Shown here piece by piece: positions 8,418-18,780 of a DNA stretch of 64,000 nt. Made by a program: the position numbers and the translations under genes. The DNA comes from an uncultured virus (IMG/VR IMGVR_UViG_3300031787_000058). Its lineage: Duplodnaviria > Heunggongvirae > Uroviricota > Caudoviricetes. The stretch lies in IMG/VR virus record IMGVR_UViG_3300031787_000058; one strand, given 5' to 3'. The notes under the pieces were generated by a model. The model searched no databases and was not told the origin of the DNA. It saw only the letters and a program-made list of their open reading frames with translations. Positions within the stretch are counted from its first letter, which is position 1; each line of letters starts with the position of its first letter.

Positions 8418-11400
8418 TTAGTGAAGTTTAGCTTTCAACGCCTCAAGCTCACGCTTGATGGCAACGATCTCTTTGGCAAGTTCAACGGCCGACGCCATCG
8501 CGGCGTTGCCGTACGAGACGGAGAGCGTGCCCATCTCATCTTTGGCTTTAGTAATCGCTTCCGGCAGAAGCTTTTGGAATGACTGCGCGCCAATACCAAC
8601 TTGCGTGATCTGTTCGCCGTCGATTCGGTCGTAGATGCCGACCTTGACCTGGGCCAGACGCTCGACAAAGTTCTCCGGCATCGGGCGCCAGTTGGTCTTG
8701 AGTCGCTCGTCAGAGTATGCAGTGACGTTGCCGGCCGCGACGATCGAGTACGACATACACGATCCGAAGCCGCCGTTGATCAGGACAAGCATTCCGTGGC
8801 TATCAAGGTTGCCAGCGACACCGCCAGCGCTCGGATATGACCACGCGATACCATACAGGTTGCCGGCGCTCGTGCCATCTGCAGGGAGCTTGTACGAGTC
8901 GCCCATAGCGAACACGCCTTGATAGCGCGTTGAGGCGTATGCCCCGACGATGCCGCAGCCGTAGTTGTCGTCGATGTAAAAGTTGCCGTTGGCGCGTGTG
9001 GCGCGAGCAGCCGTAATGTTCCAACTTCCCGACGCGTTGCCGCCGGTGAGGGTTGGTGAGTAACTGTTGTAGTTGCTGCTGTCGAGGGCGGTCGCCATGT
9101 TGCCGCCGTACGCATTCTTTGCGATGTAAAAAACGCCATTAGCCCATTGGAATTGCCACCCGTAACTTTGGTTGTGGAACCCCGTGCTGTTTGAATCGGA
9201 CGCGGTCATTAGATTGACAATGCCAGCGCTTCCGTTTCCGAAGGCAATGCCGCCCCAGCCGTTGTTTGATCCGTCGATGCGCCATGCGCCGTAGGTAGCA
9301 TTGCTTGGATAAAAATGCGCGCCCGCAACGCCATTCGACGAGAAAAGGCCAGAGCCACTGCCAATACCAATCCATGTCGGCGTGTACAGATAGCCGTTGC
9401 TTCCGTCGTAGAACGCAAGGTTTCCTGCGCTGCCGCCGGGCGATCTGCTGCCTACTGATCCAGCGTTTCCGGTGATGTTGATGCCCCAAGTTCCGCTTGC
9501 GCCGCTGCCAGTGAGGGTTGGCGAGTAGGAGTTGTAATTCTGGTTAGTAAGAACCCTGTTCCACGTTTGCCAACTGCCCGCAGCCCAGCCGCCACGGAAG
9601 CAAAGATCATTGCCGGCGTGGCTTACATAGAACTGGGCCTGCCCCGGATATGAGTAGAAGCTGATGGTTGTGCCGTAGTTGTAAGCGTACGCCGTTGGCT
9701 TGTTTGGGCTGCCTTCGATGTAGCCAGAGACTACGTTTGAGTTGTAGTTGCCGTAGGTGTTGAAGTCGATGTTATCGACGTTCCCACGGTGCATGAGCGT
9801 GTAATCGTTGTAGTTTCCGCTATGGAGCGACTGGCGAATGTTCGCTGACAAGCCAACCTCTTTGGCACTGGTTGGCTTGCCTGTGCCGCTGATAGAGGTG
9901 ACGCGGTTGCGTGGATAGGTTGCGTAGGGGGCATACACGCGCACGTAATAGCCGTGCCAGTACGACTGGCTTGGAAACCAAAAGCAAAGATTTCCGTTGT
10001 AGTTGATGGCTACCAACCCGGAAATGTTGGTTCCGTTTGAATAGCCGCCGTGATTGATGATCGTGTCGTAGTAAATGTAGCCCTGATATTGAATATCGAA
10101 TGGGATAGCGCTGCCGTATGAGTTGCCGCGAATTTCGAGAATGAACGGATCGCCGCTACTGACGGCGTAGTTGATGTCTGTCTGGATCAGTGTGCCACTT
10201 GGGAAATCGCGCTCAGAGTGAACCCAAGCGTCTGCGAGAAACTTCCCGCCCCCCAAAACATAACCGGATGTGGTGGCTTCAAGAATGTTGCCGCCGCCGT
10301 ATCCGGAGCGGTTCACCGTAAATGTGTTAACGCTATGTACTTCGTTGCCTCCGCTTGAGGACATCAGCGATGACCACGAGTTCACGTTGCCAACGGTGCC
10401 GCCGAAGTAGATTGTTCCAGTAAGGTGCGAGGTGCCCTGAATGCCGAGGGTGGCGTCGGTGTTGGTTGAGCCGCCGGCAGTTAGGCTTGGAACGCGAAGC
10501 GCTCCTGATGGCTGCATTTGCGCCACCACGCCGTTATTGAAGCGGAACTGCAGCACATCGTCTGAGTCATCGCCCCAAGCAATCACGGCGTTGTAATCGT
10601 TGCTGCCAGCGCCGCGACTTATCAGCCCAAAGAATGCCGCATCGGACGCGTTGGTTACATGAAGGCCAAAAGCATCGCCCGGCAGATAGTTTGGAAACGC
10701 GCCGGCCGTATACCTTGCGTCGTATCTGCCCCAGTGGATCTGCCGATGCCAAGCCTCGCCGGAGCCGCTCGTTTCAAGCCTGTACGTGAGCGGGCCGGTC
10801 ATGATTCCGCCAGTTAGCGGAAGCGCGTAGCTGCCGTAGTTGGTGCTATCGAGAAACTTGCGCCAAGTTTGCCATGAGTAGTCGCGGCGCTGGCGGAACC
10901 ACAAGCCGGGATCGCCTGATGTCGGGCTGTAGAACTGCGCGATCCACTGCCCATTATTCAGATGGTCATAGTCCCAACGATGCCCGTAGTAACCCTCGGG
11001 CAATCCAGTCGCGTTACTGGCCACGTGCCAATACCCCTCGACTGGCGAATTCATATCCGCATTTGGATAAGTGCCGTCAGTGCGGAAATAGTTAGCTGCC
11101 GCGACGCCTCCAAGCTGCGCCGCAGATCCGCTGATGTTAATGCCCCACGTTCCGCTGGCGTTGCCGCCTGTCAGGGTGGGTGAGTAACTGTTGTAGTTTC
11201 CGCTTGTAATCACATCAACGTAGCTTGAATACGCGGTTGCAGAGCCAAAGGACTGCTGCCATATCCGCATACCAATGGCGTCCTTGCGAAACATCACAAG
11301 GTTGTCGTTTCCGCCGCTGCTATCGGAGTAGCTTCGCAGGTGGATGTAGTCCGCATAGGGCGAGGTGTTGTTGTTGGCCCAGCTCGTGAAGCCTGTTCCG

Positions 11401-13607
11401 ATCCGGCTTGCGGTTTGCGCCGATGGCGAAATCGTTCTCAGGTCATACGAGCCGAGAAGCGTTGCGGTTGCCGCGTTTCCAGTAACGCTGATTCCCCAAC
11501 TGCCAGACGCGCCGGTTCCGGTAAGCGTTGGTGCGTAGCTGTTGTAATTCCCCGTGTTCAGGACGAGATGCTGGCTTGTGGTCGCATACATCTGCCCGGC
11601 CGTGTACCAGTTGCCCGATACGTCGAGGCGAGCATTGCCGTTTCCTGTGTAGGTAACAGTGCGGCCAGCCGCGCCCGTCCCAGAGCCAAAGAAGAAAAAG
11701 CCGCCGCCTTGAAACCGCAAATACGAAGTCGTATCTGGGCTAGGCGCAATGTGCTCTTCAGAGGTTGCCGTATGGCGCACGTTGAAACCAATGCCGCCAT
11801 ACGCGCCGCCGCTGTACCCGGCAACAAGCCCGCGCCCTTCAGAGCCGCCGCTGCCAAGGTTTACGTTGAACGCGCCCGCGCCATCGCGGAAGTTCGGCGC
11901 AGAGAGCGCTCCGGTCAGCGTTCCGCCTGTAAGCGGCAAGGCGTAGCTGCTGTAGTTGCCAGCGTCCAGCGCAACGTACGCCGTGCCATTGCGCGCAACG
12001 TTCAGCCCTGTTGCGCTTGTAACCCAAAGGCCGCCAGTGCCAATGAGCGGATCGGTAGTGCCGACGCCCCGTGAGGTGCCGGTGATGCTGATGCCCCACG
12101 TTCCGCTAGGCGTCACCGTAGAGGCAGCTGTGGCTCTTCCCTTAGCGTCAAAGGTGATCGACGGAATGCTGTTGTTGCCGCCATAAGTACCCGCAGCCAC
12201 GCCGCTGTTGGCAAGCGTCGTTGCGAACGATCCCGTGCCAGATCCGGTCACGTCGCCCGTCAGGGTAATGGTCTGATCGCCCGTGTTCGTGCCGGAAACG
12301 GTGGCTGCGGCAGAGACGGTGAGGTTTCCAGACAGGGAGATTGTGCGATCCGCGTCGTTGACGTTCAGATTCAGAACGCGACCCAGAGTCAGGTTGGCGC
12401 TGTTGGTGATCTGCAGATAGTGAGACGGCGTGCTGTCGTCGTACAAGAAGATGTCGCCGAAGTAGCCGCTTTGCGTCGATGTCGCGCTGCTGGACAGTGC
12501 GTCGGTAATTCCGTAACCGGAAAGGTTGGTCGGGTTAGTTCCGCCAGTTACCCGTCCCTTTGCATCGACAGTGACCTTGGTGTAGGTGCCGGCGGTGACG
12601 CCGGAATTTGCAAGCGTTGTGGCGAATGACAGGTTCGCGGAGCCGTTAAATGTTCCGCTTGTGCCCGTTACATCGCCGGTCAGTGCAATCGTGCGCCCAG
12701 TCTCCCAAGTGGTCGCGGTCGCGGCATTCCCAGTAATCGAGATCCCCCACGTACCACTCGCACCTGTTCCGGTAACAGTCGGAGCATCAGTAATTCCATA
12801 CCCAGAAAGCGTGGTTGGCTTGCTGAGGATATCGCTGAATGCACCGGTATTAGCGACCGTTGCTAGTGAACGGTTTTTCCACAGCCCGCTAGCGCTTTCA
12901 TAGCTAAGTACTTGGTTGTTAGCGATAGACGTTAGTAATACGTCGTGTAACTCCGCTACTTCGTACCCGTTGGCAATATGAATGTAAAGCGCGCCAACAC
13001 TGGCGTGGCTTTTTACGCACCAACCTATAAGGACAGCATGATCAGGCGGAGACGGACGAGTAGACGTAAGCCCACCAGCAACAGTCGCGGACAGCCAGAC
13101 AGCACCACCTTCAGTAAGCGTTGAAGTATCAAGGCCAGAAACAATTCCGTTTGTGGCTACAAATCCAGTCTGTGCGTTAGCAATAGTCTCGGCAGTTATG
13201 CCAAGCGTTTTGCTAGAAGTACCTTCGCTATTCGCTTGTGAAAGGACAACGTTTACATGGCTACCAGTGGAACCAGTGATGTAAACAACAGAGCCCTTTG
13301 GGATAGCGCTGCCAGTGGAATTTGTTACTCGGAGAAATAACTCTTCTCCGATCTGCATTGTTACGTTGCCACCTTTAAGGCCAAGGTCCAACGTACCGGC
13401 TGTATCGTTCCAAGTTAAAGTGGCAACACCCGGCTGACCGCCGCTACCGCTAAGCGTAACCGACGGAACGGTTATGCCGCCCGTTAAAGTTCCGCCGGTA
13501 GCAGAAAGCTTTGTACCGAGTTCGGTGTTTATGTTGCTAAAGTTAGCGTCAACTTCAGCGTTTGTAAGCGGAGAGCCCTTTACCGAACGAAGCGTAATTG
13601 TTGCCAT
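8418..13607 (-). CDS. Long modular tail fibre with C-terminal intramolecular chaperone (peptidase S74-like)
   Basis: R..KGSPLT..EVD.NF N-terminus; TVDAKGRVT repeats; YSDERLK chaperone motif; terminal coiled coil. Confidence 0.9.
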   Translation of the reverse strand: MATITLRSVKGSPLTNAEVDANFSNINTELGTKLSATGGTLTGGITVPSVTLSGSGGQPGVATLTWNDTAGTLDLGLKGGNVTMQIGEELFLRVTNSTGSAIPKGSVVYITGSTGSHVNVVLSQANSEGTSSKTLGITAETIANAQTGFVATNGIVSGLDTSTLTEGGAVWLSATVAGGLTSTRPSPPDHAVLIGWCVKSHASVGALYIHIANGYEVAELHDVLLTSIANNQVLSYESASGLWKNRSLATVANTGAFSDILSKPTTLSGYGITDAPTVTGTGASGTWGISITGNAATATTWETGRTIALTGDVTGTSGTFNGSANLSFATTLANSGVTAGTYTKVTVDAKGRVTGGTNPTNLSGYGITDALSSSATSTQSGYFGDIFLYDDSTPSHYLQITNSANLTLGRVLNLNVNDADRTISLSGNLTVSAAATVSGTNTGDQTITLTGDVTGSGTGSFATTLANSGVAAGTYGGNNSIPSITFDAKGRATAASTVTPSGTWGISITGTSRGVGTTDPLIGTGGLWVTSATGLNVARNGTAYVALDAGNYSSYALPLTGGTLTGALSAPNFRDGAGAFNVNLGSGGSEGRGLVAGYSGGAYGGIGFNVRHTATSEEHIAPSPDTTSYLRFQGGGFFFFGSGTGAAGRTVTYTGNGNARLDVSGNWYTAGQMYATTSQHLVLNTGNYNSYAPTLTGTGASGSWGISVTGNAATATLLGSYDLRTISPSAQTASRIGTGFTSWANNNTSPYADYIHLRSYSDSSGGNDNLVMFRKDAIGMRIWQQSFGSATAYSSYVDVITSGNYNSYSPTLTGGNASGTWGINISGSAAQLGGVAAANYFRTDGTYPNADMNSPVEGYWHVASNATGLPEGYYGHRWDYDHLNNGQWIAQFYSPTSGDPGLWFRQRRDYSWQTWRKFLDSTNYGSYALPLTGGIMTGPLTYRLETSGSGEAWHRQIHWGRYDARYTAGAFPNYLPGDAFGLHVTNASDAAFFGLISRGAGSNDYNAVIAWGDDSDDVLQFRFNNGVVAQMQPSGALRVPSLTAGGSTNTDATLGIQGTSHLTGTIYFGGTVGNVNSWSSLMSSSGGNEVHSVNTFTVNRSGYGGGNILEATTSGYVLGGGKFLADAWVHSERDFPSGTLIQTDINYAVSSGDPFILEIRGNSYGSAIPFDIQYQGYIYYDTIINHGGYSNGTNISGLVAINYNGNLCFWFPSQSYWHGYYVRVYAPYATYPRNRVTSISGTGKPTSAKEVGLSANIRQSLHSGNYNDYTLMHRGNVDNIDFNTYGNYNSNVVSGYIEGSPNKPTAYAYNYGTTISFYSYPGQAQFYVSHAGNDLCFRGGWAAGSWQTWNRVLTNQNYNSYSPTLTGSGASGTWGINITGNAGSVGSRSPGGSAGNLAFYDGSNGYLYTPTWIGIGSGSGLFSSNGVAGAHFYPSNATYGAWRIDGSNNGWGGIAFGNGSAGIVNLMTASDSNSTGFHNQSYGWQFQWANGVFYIAKNAYGGNMATALDSSNYNSYSPTLTGGNASGSWNITAARATRANGNFYIDDNYGCGIVGAYASTRYQGVFAMGDSYKLPADGTSAGNLYGIAWSYPSAGGVAGNLDSHGMLVLINGGFGSCMSYSIVAAGNVTAYSDERLKTNWRPMPENFVERLAQVKVGIYDRIDGEQITQVGIGAQSFQKLLPEAITKAKDEMGTLSVSYGNAAMASAVELAKEIVAIKRELEALKAKLH

Positions 13608-13639
13608 TCTGTGCCCCTAATTAGCCGAAAGTAGAAACC

Positions 13640-13665
13640 GTGGGGGAGTATCGCTACTCCCCCAC
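13640..13665 (-). terminator. Strong hairpin, probable intrinsic terminator
   Basis: GTGGGGGAGTA-TCGC-TACTCCCCCAC perfect 11-bp stem; weak U-rich tail on the minus strand. Confidence 0.6.
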
Positions 13666-13671
13666 TGTTTG

Positions 13672-14133
13672 TTACACGGCCGAGAGGGTGATGGTCCAGG
13701 ATACAGTCATAGAGTCGTCTGCTCCCTTGTTGACCACCGGAAACACAGTACGGCAAAGCATATCGCCAGCCGTAGCGGCGTTAAAAATGCCCGCCTCAGT
13801 TACAGCACCAGTCGCGTCGCCAGCCTCAAACGAGGCGACATACGTGACCTTTTCGTTGTTGGTGCCGCTGATTGTGGTCGAGTCAATCGCTTCACGAACA
13901 CCTAGGACGCTGACCAAGTCAGTCTGCGCCGCAGCGGCTGCAGTAGTAGACGAGCCCAACGCCATGTGGGACATAACAACTTTAGCCGTGCCAACCATGC
14001 GGCTGACAATGTAGCCAAGACCAGTGTTAACCACGAGGTTGTCCACTTCGCGCTCGTCTTTAATCGCGCCATCCTTACCACGGAGAACGATCTTCAGCCG
14101 GCCCTTAACCTTAAGATTTTCCAAGGAGTTCAT
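13672..14133 (-). CDS. Virion structural / tail protein
   Basis: NLVV.TG...MALG...A.TEAGIFNA..G.ML.R..F.V.NK motif common in phage tail regions. Confidence 0.75.
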   Translation of the reverse strand: MNSLENLKVKGRLKIVLRGKDGAIKDEREVDNLVVNTGLGYIVSRMVGTAKVVMSHMALGSSTTAAAAAQTDLVSVLGVREAIDSTTISGTNNEKVTYVASFEAGDATGAVTEAGIFNAATAGDMLCRTVFPVVNKGADDSMTVSWTITLSAV

Positions 14134-14143
14134 CTACAGTACC

Positions 14144-16462
14144 TCAAGAGAAGTTACGGGAATCGCCAACGTAGTCCTCTGCAAAGTATGAGGCCTCACA
14201 ATAACCTTGCGAGCGTAGGGTTCCCGAACTACCAACGCCCACACTATCAAAATGACCCTTACCCGAGGTATTGGTAACGATATCCGTCACCTGGGCAGAG
14301 TCCCCATAAGTCCGATTGTACCCAATTTGACGGTTGAAGGTTGAAATGATAAACGCTGAGTCGCTGACGCTCTTGGAAAAGACCATTTCCTGGTCATCTT
14401 CTAAGGACAGAGCGCCGTCAAAGTCGTCGGTCGCGCCAACAACGTCGAAGAAGTTCTTACCCCGGATAACCGTAATAGCGTCCAGCGCCCGGGCTCCGTC
14501 CAAAAGGGGCCTGGTTACTGCGTTAACGGCTTTTTCAAAAACTGCAGCCGAATCAGATAGCTTCTTAGACACCGCCTTACCAGCTAAATCCAACGCCCGA
14601 GGGGTGTCGGATAGCGACTTCGCTGTCTGATACACGACGGTTTCAGTGGTCTTAGCTGAGTCTAAAAGTGCCTTACCGGTCACTAAAGACGCGGTATCCG
14701 AGCTACGGGCAGCATCACTAACTGGCCGCACAAACGACTTAGCAGCGGTATCCGCCGCTAACGAGGTATCAACCAACACCTTTGCTACTGCTCGGTTAGC
14801 CGCATCAGAAGCACGCGCCCCGTCGGCGGCGGCCTTAAACAGGCCTACCGTTATGGCCTCAATAGCCCTAGCAGCGTCAAAGAGCTGCTTGACCGTACTG
14901 CGGTTAGCGGCATCAGAGCTACGGGCAGCGTCTGCTAGCGCCTTGGCGACGCTTGAGCTACGGGTATCCGAGGCGGCAGCTGTGTCAGTAAGCGCCTTGC
15001 CAGAGCCACGGCTGATGGAGTCTAAAACCTTAGCGGCGTCCGCCAGTGCCTTATAGATATCCGCTCGCAAAGCGTCCCTGGCCGCTGGTACGTCGTTCAG
15101 CTCCTTTACGACGCTTAGCACTTCGGAATCGATAGCCTGGAAAGCGTCTTCGCCTAGTTGCTTCCCCAAATGTACTGCGTGTTGCGAAAAAGCAACAAAA
15201 CCATCTTGCAAGGGGCGGTTAAGCCCAAACAAGAGCTGATCAATGGCCGAAACGGCGTCACTAGCTCCCTTGCCAATATCAAACCCAGTTATAGCGTCAG
15301 ACAGCTGCGCATTTTCGTCAAGGAAGGCAAACTTAAGGAACACGCCGATCTTGTACGTAAGCGCCAGTAACTGCGCCTGAACGTCCATGCGCGCCTGTAC
15401 GGCTGCGACATTGGCAGAGATAACCGCCGCATATGGGTTCAGCTTGATCTGCTGGGCGACCGGGTTTAGGTCAATCTCTACAGTAGATACGTCGAGTTTG
15501 ATCCGCCGGGTTACGACCTCCGACTTGATCTTGTTCCAGTACCCAAACCGGAGCAAGTCGATAGCAAAGAAGGAATCGTCGCCGGTTTCTTGGGCCGATT
15601 GCGCGCCTTTAACTATTAGCTTGGCGGTACCGCTGAATTGATCCGGCTGTTCGATGCCAACGATCGTTCCGCGAACAAGCAGCTTGGCAAACCCGCTCAG
15701 CTGGTCGGTAGCGGTTTCCGTAGCAGCAGCAACACCAACAACCGGCACCCAGAACGCGGTACCAGACGCCGCAAATACGTCTTGCCCAGTTTCGCCAACG
15801 GCCAGCGCACCAGAGACAAGGGTCAAGCCTGTGGCCGACAACGTGTCAGCGCCAAACTCAACGCCAGCTAAAGCTCCGGTTGTTACTACTAACCCGGCAG
15901 CTGCAAGCTGATCAGCTCCCGTCTCGGTAGTGGCAAAGACGCCGAGATTAGCCACAGACCCGACTGCAGACAAAGAATCCGCACCAACTTCTGTAACTGC
16001 CCACGATCCGGTGACAAGCACCAAGCCAGCAGCAGCCAGACTATCGGTTTGATCTGTTGCGGCAATAGATCCAGTGACAAGTACTGAACCAAGCGAAGCA
16101 AGCGCGTCTTGGCCTACTTCAGTAGCTCCGAAGCTACCAAACGTTAGTACGTTACCGAACGAAGCAAAAGAGTCGTCACCGAGCTCAATGCCATTGAATG
16201 TGCCGGATATCCCGGCCCCTGTACCACCGTTTGCTGCAAATATATCTGCAGCTTCGATAGCGGCTAAATTACCTGTGCGAGAGCCAGCTGGTACGCCGGA
16301 GTCTAGTAAGTGCTGCCCAGCGGTGCCGGTCAGCAGAGCAGACCGGGAAAGCAGCATCTGTCCGGCGGTTACCCCGGACTGTTTAATTGCTAATAGGTGC
16401 TGGGCAGCAGTCCCGCTTGGCAGGCCGGACAGAAAGACTAGCCGCTGGCCTGACGTACTCAT
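14144..16462 (-). CDS. Repeat-rich virion protein (two repeat types)
   Basis: N-half has ~22-aa G..A.TE.G.D repeats; C-half has ~19-aa K.L.D.A...D repeats; ends Y..YFAEDYVG. Confidence 0.75.
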   Translation of the reverse strand: MSTSGQRLVFLSGLPSGTAAQHLLAIKQSGVTAGQMLLSRSALLTGTAGQHLLDSGVPAGSRTGNLAAIEAADIFAANGGTGAGISGTFNGIELGDDSFASFGNVLTFGSFGATEVGQDALASLGSVLVTGSIAATDQTDSLAAAGLVLVTGSWAVTEVGADSLSAVGSVANLGVFATTETGADQLAAAGLVVTTGALAGVEFGADTLSATGLTLVSGALAVGETGQDVFAASGTAFWVPVVGVAAATETATDQLSGFAKLLVRGTIVGIEQPDQFSGTAKLIVKGAQSAQETGDDSFFAIDLLRFGYWNKIKSEVVTRRIKLDVSTVEIDLNPVAQQIKLNPYAAVISANVAAVQARMDVQAQLLALTYKIGVFLKFAFLDENAQLSDAITGFDIGKGASDAVSAIDQLLFGLNRPLQDGFVAFSQHAVHLGKQLGEDAFQAIDSEVLSVVKELNDVPAARDALRADIYKALADAAKVLDSISRGSGKALTDTAAASDTRSSSVAKALADAARSSDAANRSTVKQLFDAARAIEAITVGLFKAAADGARASDAANRAVAKVLVDTSLAADTAAKSFVRPVSDAARSSDTASLVTGKALLDSAKTTETVVYQTAKSLSDTPRALDLAGKAVSKKLSDSAAVFEKAVNAVTRPLLDGARALDAITVIRGKNFFDVVGATDDFDGALSLEDDQEMVFSKSVSDSAFIISTFNRQIGYNRTYGDSAQVTDIVTNTSGKGHFDSVGVGSSGTLRSQGYCEASYFAEDYVGDSRNFS

Positions 16463-16471
16463 GGGCGGCCC

Positions 16472-16891
16472 TTAGGGAAGCGTCTTATTCCAAACCGCGT
16501 CGGCGATCTCGTTAGCTGTTGCTTGCCCCGTGTTAACTACGATTGTGGCAGAAATCAGCCCATACATACTTCCGGCCGCGGTTAATGAGGCTGCAGCCGT
16601 AATGCTAGAAGATATGTTCTGCTGGGTCTGTACTGCGACACCAGTTGCGGACAACGTCGCAGTTCCTTCCGAGTCATTGCGGCTGCTCATGCCTCCCGCT
16701 TTGGGAGGCAGGCTCCACGAGCCACCGGCCAGATTTCCGACCGGCAGCCCGCTGGTAGGCAGAATCCCACCCAGGCCCGCCCCCTGATTGCGCAGGGACG
16801 TGCGTCCGAACATCGTCCGGTCTTGCGCGTTACCCCCGCCGATCATCCGGCGAGGGTATTGCGCGTTCAGGGTGAGGTTCTGCTTGAGCAT
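16472..16891 (-). CDS. Virion-associated hypothetical protein
   Basis: P.G.....W.LP.K.GGMSS motif and IADAVW ending. Confidence 0.7.
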   Translation of the reverse strand: MLKQNLTLNAQYPRRMIGGGNAQDRTMFGRTSLRNQGAGLGGILPTSGLPVGNLAGGSWSLPPKAGGMSSRNDSEGTATLSATGVAVQTQQNISSSITAAASLTAAGSMYGLISATIVVNTGQATANEIADAVWNKTLP

Positions 16892-16894
16892 GGA

Positions 16895-17800
16895 TCAGCC
16901 CCAACCGAACTCGAGCGAGCCGTAGAAGTTGGTCGAAGCGCCAGTAGCAGCACCAGCGAAGTACAGCCAGTTGAGCGCAGCGCCGTCACGGATCTGCGGC
17001 AGGCTCGGCAGCTGGTTCACGAGATCACGCTCGGCAGCGACCGAGACGGTCGTGAGCGGGATAAACGCCAGCGGCTTGCAGATCACGAGGGCCGCAAGAA
17101 TGCTGGTGCCGGTGTGCGCCGTTGTGAACTGGACCGTCTGCACCGAGCGAATGCCGGCATCGCCGCCAGCCAGCGGCAGGAACGGGCCGTAGTTGTTGGC
17201 AGCCACGCCAGAGTGAGCGATCTTTGGAATGATCGTCAGCGCCGCAGAACCCGCCGAGAAGTTCGTAACCGCGCCAAGCGAGCGGCCCGTGTCCGTGCCG
17301 CCCGTGTCCTCGCGCGTGTAACTCATCGTCAGCACCGGAGTCGCTGCCGGTGTGCCTGAGACTGTCGTGTACGGCATAAATGCGCGCAGGCCCTTGCCGT
17401 CGGTGTACCGCGTCAGCGCGTTGGTGTTGACAAGCGTCTGCGCGGTCGTGACGCGGGTATCAATGCCCGGGTAATACAAGCAGTAATCAACAAGCATCAG
17501 CGCGCTTGGCACGCCCGTCGCCACCGCGGTCATGGCTGCCATGTTGAGCAGATGCTTCGTGTCGCTTGACACGTTGCCGCCGTGGTACAGCGTCCAGCCG
17601 AGCGTTTCGTCCGGCACTTGCGCATTGAGCGCGGTGCCCGAGTACGTGTTGGCAACCGGCAAGCCGGCGATCTGGGAAAGGTCGTACCAGTGGCCTGCCG
17701 TGTAGGCGGCGGCACCGGTCGTCTTCATCCAGTCGGCTCGATAGAACTTGCCGTTGTTTGTGATCTCGTTAACGAGATCGTCCATACTGCTAAAGCCCAT
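16895..17800 (-). CDS. Virion-associated protein, paralogue of 17804..18670
   Basis: Shared motifs W.DLS, DY.LYYP.ID, PFLPL.GGD.GIRSV, LP.I.DGA.LN. Confidence 0.75.
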   Translation of the reverse strand: MGFSSMDDLVNEITNNGKFYRADWMKTTGAAAYTAGHWYDLSQIAGLPVANTYSGTALNAQVPDETLGWTLYHGGNVSSDTKHLLNMAAMTAVATGVPSALMLVDYCLYYPGIDTRVTTAQTLVNTNALTRYTDGKGLRAFMPYTTVSGTPAATPVLTMSYTREDTGGTDTGRSLGAVTNFSAGSAALTIIPKIAHSGVAANNYGPFLPLAGGDAGIRSVQTVQFTTAHTGTSILAALVICKPLAFIPLTTVSVAAERDLVNQLPSLPQIRDGAALNWLYFAGAATGASTNFYGSLEFGWG

Positions 17801-17803
17801 GTT

Positions 17804-18670
17804 TCATCTCCATGTGAATTCCAATGCTGCACGCAGCGGGATCGCCGTACCGCCTTGCCCCGTGTTGTAGATCATGTTCAGATAGGCGCCGTTCTCAATC
17901 TTTGGCAACACGCCACCGCGTTGCGTGAACTGATCCATCTCGCAAGCGACGCCGGCCTCGCGCAACTGGATCTGTGCGACTCGCTTCATCAGCACAAACG
18001 ACATGAAGCCGCCCGTTGCCGCATCAAACGTGACTGAATCAATCGAGCGGATACCGTAGTCGGAACCCTGCATCGGAATAAATGGAGAAACGCCGCCTGC
18101 TGTAAGTAAGTTGTTGCCGGCGTTAACCAAGACCCCTACCGCGCCCGCGGCAATCAGTGAGAAGGTCGATGTGCGGTTCGGCACGCCATCCTGGTTTGTG
18201 TACTTGACGGTCACGTTGGCGTTTGCCGCCATTGGCGCCGTACACACAACCATGCACTCGACGCCTTTGCCGTTGCTGCGCGGCAGCGTCTCGGTGTTGT
18301 CCATTACTTGCTCGGCAGACTCGTCGCCGTCGATGAACGGGTATTGCAGCAGGTAGTCGCACAGCAAGAAGTACGCTGGAACCAGATTCACGCTGCCGCT
18401 TTGGATGAAGAAATTAGTCAGGTGCTTTGTCTGCCCCGCGGGCGGCGTTGGCCCGCAGTAAATCCCGTCGTTGCCTGCGCCCACAAACGGCGTTGCAGTA
18501 AGCGGAGCGCCGCCATAGGCATTGAACTTCGGCGTGCCCGCGCCCATGGACAAGTCCATCCAACGGCCGGTCGTGGAGGTCGGCCCCGTGGTCTTGTGTA
18601 CCCATGAAAGCCAGCTCTGCCCATCGTTGTCGATGGACTGAGCAAGCTGGCGGACATTCTTAAAGCCCAT
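17804..18670 (-). CDS. Virion-associated protein, paralogue of 16895..17800
   Basis: Shared motifs W.DLS, DYLLQYPFID, PFIPMQGSDYGIRSI, LPKIENGAYLN. Confidence 0.75.
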   Translation of the reverse strand: MGFKNVRQLAQSIDNDGQSWLSWVHKTTGPTSTTGRWMDLSMGAGTPKFNAYGGAPLTATPFVGAGNDGIYCGPTPPAGQTKHLTNFFIQSGSVNLVPAYFLLCDYLLQYPFIDGDESAEQVMDNTETLPRSNGKGVECMVVCTAPMAANANVTVKYTNQDGVPNRTSTFSLIAAGAVGVLVNAGNNLLTAGGVSPFIPMQGSDYGIRSIDSVTFDAATGGFMSFVLMKRVAQIQLREAGVACEMDQFTQRGGVLPKIENGAYLNMIYNTGQGGTAIPLRAALEFTWR

Positions 18671-18776
18671 CTGTTTCTTCGTCCTCTTGGTTCAAATGGA
18701 CTGGAATCGCGTCTGGGTGGTCCGGGCAATGCTCACCGTCCTCAAGCAGACGAAGGCAGTGCTGGCATTGCTGCAC
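18660..18776 (-). CDS. 38-aa CxxC/CxxH peptide
   Basis: GGAGG SD then GTG; MQQCQHC...HCPDHP; fills the gap between two genes. Confidence 0.5.
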   Translation of the reverse strand: MQQCQHCLRLLEDGEHCPDHPDAIPVHLNQEDEETDGL

Positions 18777-18780
18777 GACA

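Noticed and set aside
8418..13607. Diversity-generating retroelement targeting the tail fibres
   Set aside because: No reverse transcriptase and no TR/VR pair differing only at adenines was seen
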